DNA of 64,000 bases. Source: the human T2T-CHM13v2.0 reference genome, Homo sapiens. This document shows, one piece after another, positions 56,406 to 64,000 of the stretch. The position numbers and the translations under genes are program-made. The stretch lies in NCBI RefSeq assembly GCF_009914755.1, contig NC_060927.1. One strand, written 5' to 3'. Every line of letters starts with the position of its first letter. Position 1 is the stretch's first letter. The notes under the pieces are model-generated. The model worked only from the letters and a program-made list of their open reading frames with translations, searched no databases and was not told where the DNA came from.

Positions 56406-56674
56406 GTATAAAGGAGGCCTGGGCTTTCTTTTTGAGCAGACTGGGAGGCACCCGAAACCAGGGCGAGCCAACCTTCTCCTAGAGGAAGTGAGATGAGATT
56501 AAAATAGAGTAAATTTAACTTTAAAATGAAACCAGAAGGAGCATTCATCTATTCTAACCTTTCTTCCTTTGCCCCAAGTAAGCGACAAAAACAAGCTTTT
56601 TATTAGTCTCAGTTCTCTGACTTGTAAAACAAGAAGAATGAAGATACCTGTCTCAAGACTGTTCTGAGCATGAA

Positions 56675-56745
56675 ATATTAGGTCGGTGCAAAAATAATTG
56701 CGGTTTTGCCACTGAGTGGCAATTACTTTGTCACCAACCTAATAT
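56675..56745. mobile_element. MADE1 MITE (two TIRs, hairpin) inserted in a MIR
   Basis: atattaggtcggtgcaaaaataattgc ... gcaattactttgtcaccaacctaatat. Confidence 0.88.
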
Positions 56746-58029
56746 TACATGATAGACACACATAGCCCCAGAAAAAAATCTGACATACAGATTCAGCACT
56801 CAGGAAAATTACCAATTAACTTATAATTGGTAATATCAAAATAATTTATATTATTTTATAATATTAATATTTATAATATTAATATTTTAATAGCATCATC
56901 GTGGAATAAGAAATACTTTCCTCAAACTCTTTTTACTTCTTTACAAAAGAAGACCCTTACAGATTCAAACAAATTTTGAAATATTTTTCAGTGGTTTAGA
57001 GCTTGCTCCTAATTCAGATTCTTCGTGGTTGAAGTAGTTTTCCTACTACTACTTGGCTACTAAAACTTCTGGCAGCTTCAAAGTCAAATACTACAAAGCA
57101 TTGCAAAGAATTAAGCTCTTATTTTAGCATAGGTGAGAGTATTTTAATCTTCCAACAACTTTCTGAATGAGATCTTGGTCAAGTCCAAACTTACTGGTGG
57201 CAGGAAATGCTAATTTTAAACTATAAGACGATGAAAAATCATTTTTCTAATCCAAGCACCCAAAGAAATGCAAGTGGCATGCAAAGAGTGACAATTAAAT
57301 AAGACAATTTCAGGGAAACTGGCAGGTAATCTGATATGTGTTAGCCTATCCATCTCCACTTGTAATGTTCATAAAGAAATTTGGAAAAGCTTACAGGCAA
57401 GGCAAAGATGATAAAAACCTCTAATTACAACCAAAAGGCAGTACATATAGCATCTCTATCAAGTAATTAACAACATGCCTGACAATGATTGCACGTGACT
57501 TGCTGTTTCCAATTTCTTTAAGTGAATTTTAAAGCTATTAGCAATGCCCTTGCCAGCACACAGCATGGAATGCGGCTGAGCAGATTTTGTGCAAAAAACC
57601 TTTATCTTCATCAGAGGAAGGTAAGTGGATAAAGCTGACAGGAAGCTGGGAAAGAGCACGCTGCAAGAAGAGACTGCGTAGTGAAGGAAATAGAAAAATA
57701 ATAAGCACATTAGCAGACAGTGGGGGCTGGGAGATGCCAGTGGCTGGGAATGGCTCGCTTTTAGGTCAACAGCTTGAATTTGACTCTGATGGGCAATAAC
57801 TCCAAGTTCTATGGCCTGTGTAAGAGCCCATGGATAGGAGGGGTGGGATTCCAATCCAGGCACAAGTGTACAGCTGGGGATTCCCATGGCTTTGGAGCTG
57901 GCAGGGCACTCATAGAATGGAGAAGAGCATGAGGTGGAAGGAAAAAAAAAATCAATCCACCAAGCATTATGATTCTTAAAAGCCTGAAAACAGCCCCATT
58001 AAACCAGCCAAAAAATAAACAAAAAGCCA

Positions 58030-58195
58030 TGCATTTGTTCAATGGTTACAGAATTTCTGTGTAAGGTAATGAAAAGGTTAAGAAATAGAAGTGATGGACG
58101 TAAGACAACGTGAATGTAATGTATGCCGCTGAATTGTACATTTAAAAATGGTTAAAATAGTAAAATAATAAGTATATTTTACCATAATTTTAAAA
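58030..58195 (+). mobile_element. L1M 3' end fragment
   Basis: ttgttcaatggttacagaatttc ... ctgaattgtacatttaaaaatggttaaaat. Confidence 0.8.
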
Positions 58196-59849
58196 GAAGG
58201 AAAAAGTCATACATGCAATTTGTCAGGTCTATGAAAGTTTCCTCAATGTAGCATTGGTTAAGTTGGGAGGCAGAGCTGGAAGATATTTTGTTTTGTGATT
58301 ATTTGCAAAGCTGGCGGTAACTGATTGGCATAGATAACAACTAAACGTTATCATCGGACATATCAAAGGTCAGATATTTTATTTCATATCAGGAAAACTG
58401 ATTATTTGGAAAGGACTGGAGAGATATAAATAAATCAACCTAAGAAACAGCCTTAAACTTATGGCCTATTATAAGCTAAATCTTCTTTGTCTAGTTAAAA
58501 TGTCTTTTTGCTCCAAAGTTGGTGCCCACTGTATTTTACACCTTGTCTCCTCTTTCCCCCAATAAATTAGTTAAGACATCTAAATATTCAAAACTTCTCA
58601 TCTACATGAGAATCAAATGGATTTTTATAGCAATATAATAAAAAATCCACAATATTAATTGACTTTTAATAGGGGCATCTAAATGTCAACTTGCTGGATT
58701 TTTTTTCAATAACTTCAATATCTCTAAATTTATAGGTATTTCCTACATGATAGTGTCAGGTTCTAAAATTCAAGCCACTTTCTAAAAAAATTTTTTTTAA
58801 CTATAATAAATTTAAGTGGCATTTAATTCTGTGCCTTATTATTAGAGGGTCACGTTCTTCTTTAAAAAGGAAGCAAATGATTTTTTACCTCTGGGGGGAA
58901 AAGCCACCAATATAAGTACTTAAATAATAAAACGGAGCAGAGGAACCTAGACAGTCATTTTAAACGTTCACTCTTTACACCTCCCAGGAGAAGGCTGTCT
59001 TTGCTTTTCTATGTTTTCCGAGGGGTGGACTAATCAGTTCATTACAATACACAAGATGAAGATGTCACAATTGCTTGATCCCAGCTAATGACTGCTGGGA
59101 CTGTCCAGGCCGTTTCGAAGCTCTGTTCTCCTGTGACCCTAAGCTTTCTTCTCTGGCTAAAACTTACTTTCTTTTTTTTCCCCCATAAATTTGGGACAGA
59201 TATGCCCCATTAAATAGCCAAAACAATCACAACCTTGATTTTCTCCAAGCACCTATAAACAGCTCTTATGTAAGCTGAATAATTCCTGTGTCACTATTTG
59301 AGGCAAATGCAGAACATTTTTGAAACCCATCTGACCTTTCCAGCAATTTCTTGCTCTTTGCCAGAAGCGGGGCCTTTGGCTGCTCATTACTTAAAGCATT
59401 CACCTTTAAGGCCATTTCACAACAGGGCAAAGACTCCCAGAAACATCACCTAATGAGAACCCTAGAAACCATTTTCTTATCTCACAGCAGTGTGTAGGAG
59501 AAAAACACATTATATGCCTACTGTGGGCTGATATTCCCCAATTTTAGATAAGCTCTTTTCAATAAGGTTGCAACGGTGGCACCAGGCTTTTATATTTCAA
59601 GGGGGCAAATGAAAGGCACAAAGTGTTCTGAGTTTTAAATTAACTGCCACAACAGGTGCCAGCACAGGTCTGATAGCTACCAGATGAAACCCCGTTTTAA
59701 GGAAACAAATGAACTAAAATGTAAATTTTTCTATTAAAGGTTTCCTTGGGATTAAAGCCTCTGCCTTTTAGGAAGAAATTAACCCAAGATGGGGAGGAGT
59801 AGAAAGATACAGCTACCACTTGGGGAAATTAAAGGCTATGATGATAAAA

Positions 59850-60985
59850 CTTACCCTGTCTCCAAATATCTGCCTGCCCCTATCAACCTTTCCTACTATC
59901 TCCCATGGTACTCTCCTCCCTAGTCCCCAGGCCCCAGTCACAAAACCTTCTTTCAGTTTTTCCAATGAGCCAGGTTCTTTCCTACCACAGGGTCTCTGCA
60001 CAGGCTGTCCCTGCTGCCTGGAACAATCTTCCCAGCTCTTCCCTTGGATGCTACCTTCTCATAGCTTGGGACTTGGCTTCAATGACTTGTCATCCAAGAA
60101 GCCACCTGCCTACCATCTCTACAAGTCTCTCACCTTCTCGGCCTTTCTTTGTCCTGACCTCTTTGTTTATGTCTTACTTAGCCCTTAGAAGAAATTATAT
60201 TCATAGGTAAGGGGAGGCATCTTCCTATCTTTCTATTACCAACAGGGCTGGCTTCGTGCACTTAGGAGAACCCTGTGCTTGGGGCTTAATGCTCTAGTGG
60301 TTGTCTTAAAATTCTAAATAATTTTATCTTAAAATTTGTGTTTTGTAAGTGAAATTTGATGGGATCATGGAGCATGCACTGGGGACCTGGAGGCTTGGCC
60401 CCTCCTGGCCCCCTCCTCCCCATCTCTGCTGCTGATTTCCATCCTTGGTGGGGCCTGGGAGAGGCGAGGGTTGGAGTCAGGTGTGTGTGCCTGTAGTGGG
60501 TGGGCATGACAGTGCCACAGTGTGTTCGATAGGCCTAACGCATCCTGGCACATTGGTTGCCATATCTTTGGGCATCATGCATTGGGTGTGGATTAGGGCT
60601 GCAGGCCCTTGGGATGGGGGAGATACCTGGCTTGATTTCCCCAGCCCCAGCCAAGGCACAGTGCACTGAGCAGGTGACTAGCAGGAGAGGTACCCAGCAG
60701 CTAGTGGGCAGGGTGCAGCTTCTTCCACTTGTGCTATATTTCCTTGCCTGAAAATGCATGGCATTAAATAGCAAATAGCAGGACAGGGAGACAGAAAGAT
60801 CATGAAAGAAAAGGAAAAGCTTTATATTTTCATATCTTTAATGGTACCTTTTCCTGCTTTTTCAAACAACGGATCCCCATATTTTCATTTTGCACTGGTC
60901 CCTGCAAATTATGTGGCTGATCCTGTTTAGCACTGTATCCTTAGCATCCAGTACAGAGTAGATACTCCAACTCTGCTGAAGAAAA
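59850..60985 (+). mobile_element. L2 fragment interrupted by a MER45-family element
   Basis: cagggtctctgcacaggctgtccctgctgcctggaaca; resumes at cactgtatccttagcatccagtacag. Confidence 0.65.
60244..60925. mobile_element. MER45-family (hAT-Tip100) DNA transposon
   Basis: cagggctggcttc ... attttcattttgcactggtccctgcaaattatgtggctgatcctg. Confidence 0.78.
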
Positions 60986-61035
60986 CCCTCTTTCTCCATT
61001 GTCTATCACAAATAGTGTAAGATAGTGAGAAGTGA

Positions 61036-61497
<462 letters not shown>

Positions 61498-63155
61498 TAA
61501 ACCCACAAATGTGATTACAAAATAATGATCTGATTTTGTGAGTAGCTTGTGGAATCAGCCAAGTTACTTATAATCACATCTCTTTATGTGTGAATGTATG
61601 GATTGACTAAAAAATCCTCTGATGAACTGATTTTAATTGGTACGATCTGCTCTGCAGAAACTTAAAGACATTATTTTTTTCCAAACAACTAATTTTATCT
61701 TCACGCCCCAGCACACCTGCACCCCTGGTGGGGCACACCTCTCCCTCTGAAAGGTGGCAAAAGCAGCAGAGCCTGCTTTCCCTTGGGCTTAAAGGGAGCA
61801 CCCCATACAGAATGCTTGCTTGGCTGAAGTTAATGCTGACCGTTCTGCTTTGGAGACCAACTCTCACTGCTGCACATGGAAACCCAAGACCATGTACGCC
61901 CACTACGAAGAGAAATCACACTGTGCTCCTGTTAGGATTCTTATTGATAATGTACAACCAGCACATTCTGACAGTTTTCAGCTCCATATTTGACTGAAAA
62001 AGCCTCCCAGCCCCTCTCAACACCCACTGCAAGAGCAGATCTTGCTCCTTTTGGGATGGGCATCTACATCACGGCAAATGTGGGCAACAGCCCCACAGCT
62101 GTATTTGTACCAAAGATCAAAGGTTTTTTTTCTTCACCCATTCTCCACCTATAAATTCAAATGTGAGCAATGGCAACAAAAATGGGGGGTATGGGCTTAT
62201 TCTTTACTGCTGAATCAGCACAAAATCCCACTTAAGGGGAAAAGGCTGGACTATTCAGTCATAGTCACATAAAAATGACCTTTCTAATGAAGGCCTGGTT
62301 CTCTGGCAGGTAAGCAATGGCAGACCCCATGCCTGCCTCCTGAGTAAGGAATGCAGGCAGTGGCTACCGCTCCCTGTATCCCTGAACTTCAAAGGAATTC
62401 AAGTGACCTAGACCAGCTGGCTGCCAAAGAAAACAGTGTCCAAGGACTCCCTGGCCAGAGATAAGTGCAGGCACAGCAGTCCTTCAACGCACGGGGCTTC
62501 TATTTCCTGCCCCTCTCATGTTGAAACTGCAATATCAGGAGACAGCAAAAGCCTGCCAGGCAAGCCCTCCAAGTTCAGGGTCAGTTCAGCTCGCTCCAGG
62601 AAAGCTCAGGGAGGCTGCTGATTCCCAAAAGCCCCATTTGCTCAAGCTCATAAGTGCGACCCTCTGGCCTCCTGGCAGGCAGGCTGCATAAGCCCTTGTA
62701 CCACGCAAGCTCCTGCTCAGGTTACAGAAACTCATATTTTAAATCGGTGAAGTTCTCTCTGGGGTGCTTAGGAAGAATTCTTGCAGCCCATGTCATTCCC
62801 TACTTCAGGGAGTGTACTAAGATTAGCCTATAAATGACTCAATGGTTCACCAGGGGCCCCTTTCATGGCCTCCCCCATGGAAGATGCAGCCCGGAGGGGA
62901 ATCTTGATATCTGAATGCTTTTTGTACCACTCCTGGGTTCTGAGCTGGCTCTACTGGCCACAAACCTGCTTCTTGGAGCCCATTTCAAGAAGATGCAAAT
63001 TTATATTGCCAGTTAGGTTTTGCATCCACTGCTCAAATGCAGATTTTAAACTGAGAGGAGTATGAGGTCATGGGAAGAAGAGCCCTTGTTAATTCAAGTA
63101 GACAGACTTCCAGTCAACAGGAAGAGCAAAAGAAAAACCTTGTGTGGAAGGTTCC

Positions 63156-63470
63156 TTTTTTTTTTTTTTTTTTTTTTTAAGAAGCAGGGTCTTCAGGGTC
63201 TTGCTTTGTTGCCCAGGCTGGAGTGCAGTGACACAATCATAGCTCACTGCAGCCTTGAATTCCTGGACTCAAGCAATCCTCCCACCTCCTACAGAGTAGC
63301 TGAGACTACAGGTGCATACCACTGTGTATGGCTAATATTTAACTTATTTTTTATAGAGTTGGGGGGTCCCTTTTTGTTGTCTAGCCTGGTCTTGAACTCC
63401 TGGCTTCAAGCAATCCTCCTGCCTCAGCCTTCCAAAGCATTGGGATTACAGGCATGAGCGACCATGAAGC
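63156..63470 (-). mobile_element. AluJ-type SINE
   Basis: Antisense Alu; TSD gaaggttc. Confidence 0.9.
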
Positions 63471-64000
63471 CAGAAGGTTCTTGATTGGACCAGAGGTGCA
63501 GGGTTCACACGTCTCAGGGTACTCCAAGGCTCTAGCAAGAAATGAATTTAGGGACCTCTGCCTTTGATATGTGCTTCTTCACACCCCACCCTCTCTAAAG
63601 GAAAAACACACAGACCACTGAAAAGAACACTCTTAAAAAGATTCTGAAAACTAGCAGTGAAGAAAGTTTCAACTAGTGCTTCTCATATTCTCTAACTGTA
63701 GAATCCCTTTCCTGAGCATATCAGGCCCCCAAACCAATTTCAAGGGGCCTCTGAAATTTCTAAATTGGTTTCCAAAATAAAATTATCAAAATATTTCACA
63801 GAAAAACCCAGATTTCTGTCTTCTCTTGCAAAAATGTGGATGTGCAGGCAGCTGTGGGCTTGTATCTCCTCCTGGGGATAACTAGGGCTCTGGAGTAGCT
63901 TATATCATAGGCTGGGCTGTGTGCCTGTGAGCTCGCTACGGTCCCTGGTCTCATTCCCTCTTGTCCTTTGCCTTCTTGGCCCTAGGGGGCATTTGAATTT

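Overview
Primate (almost certainly human) genomic DNA, rich in Alu, MIR, L2, L1, MaLR-LTR and hAT/mariner fossils. The ORF track is almost all noise or Alu/L1 translation. The key real feature is a short minus-strand coding first exon at 5164-5232 (MGCSLCSLQKQEEQYKLLYEVCQ followed by a CAG|GTAACA donor). From memory it matches the N-termini of PDZD4 and the short PDZRN4 isoform, so the window most likely lies in the very long intron 3 of PDZRN3 (chr3p13, minus strand). That assignment is recalled, not database-checked. A second likely alternative first exon lies at 45996-46079. Other notable signals: a Fyn-like MGCxxC acylation motif on the RING-less isoform; a textbook candidate recursive splice site (branch point, pyrimidine tract, CAG|GTGAGT) at 43484; a candidate poison exon at 13458-13708; an unexplained exact 27-bp direct repeat; a tRNA-Ile-like SINE relic; a MADE1 hairpin; and chains of inverted Alus. 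I see no clearly new gene system. The best lead is a multi-promoter plus splicing-control architecture inside the intron. Repeat boundaries are approximate and subfamily calls were made by eye.
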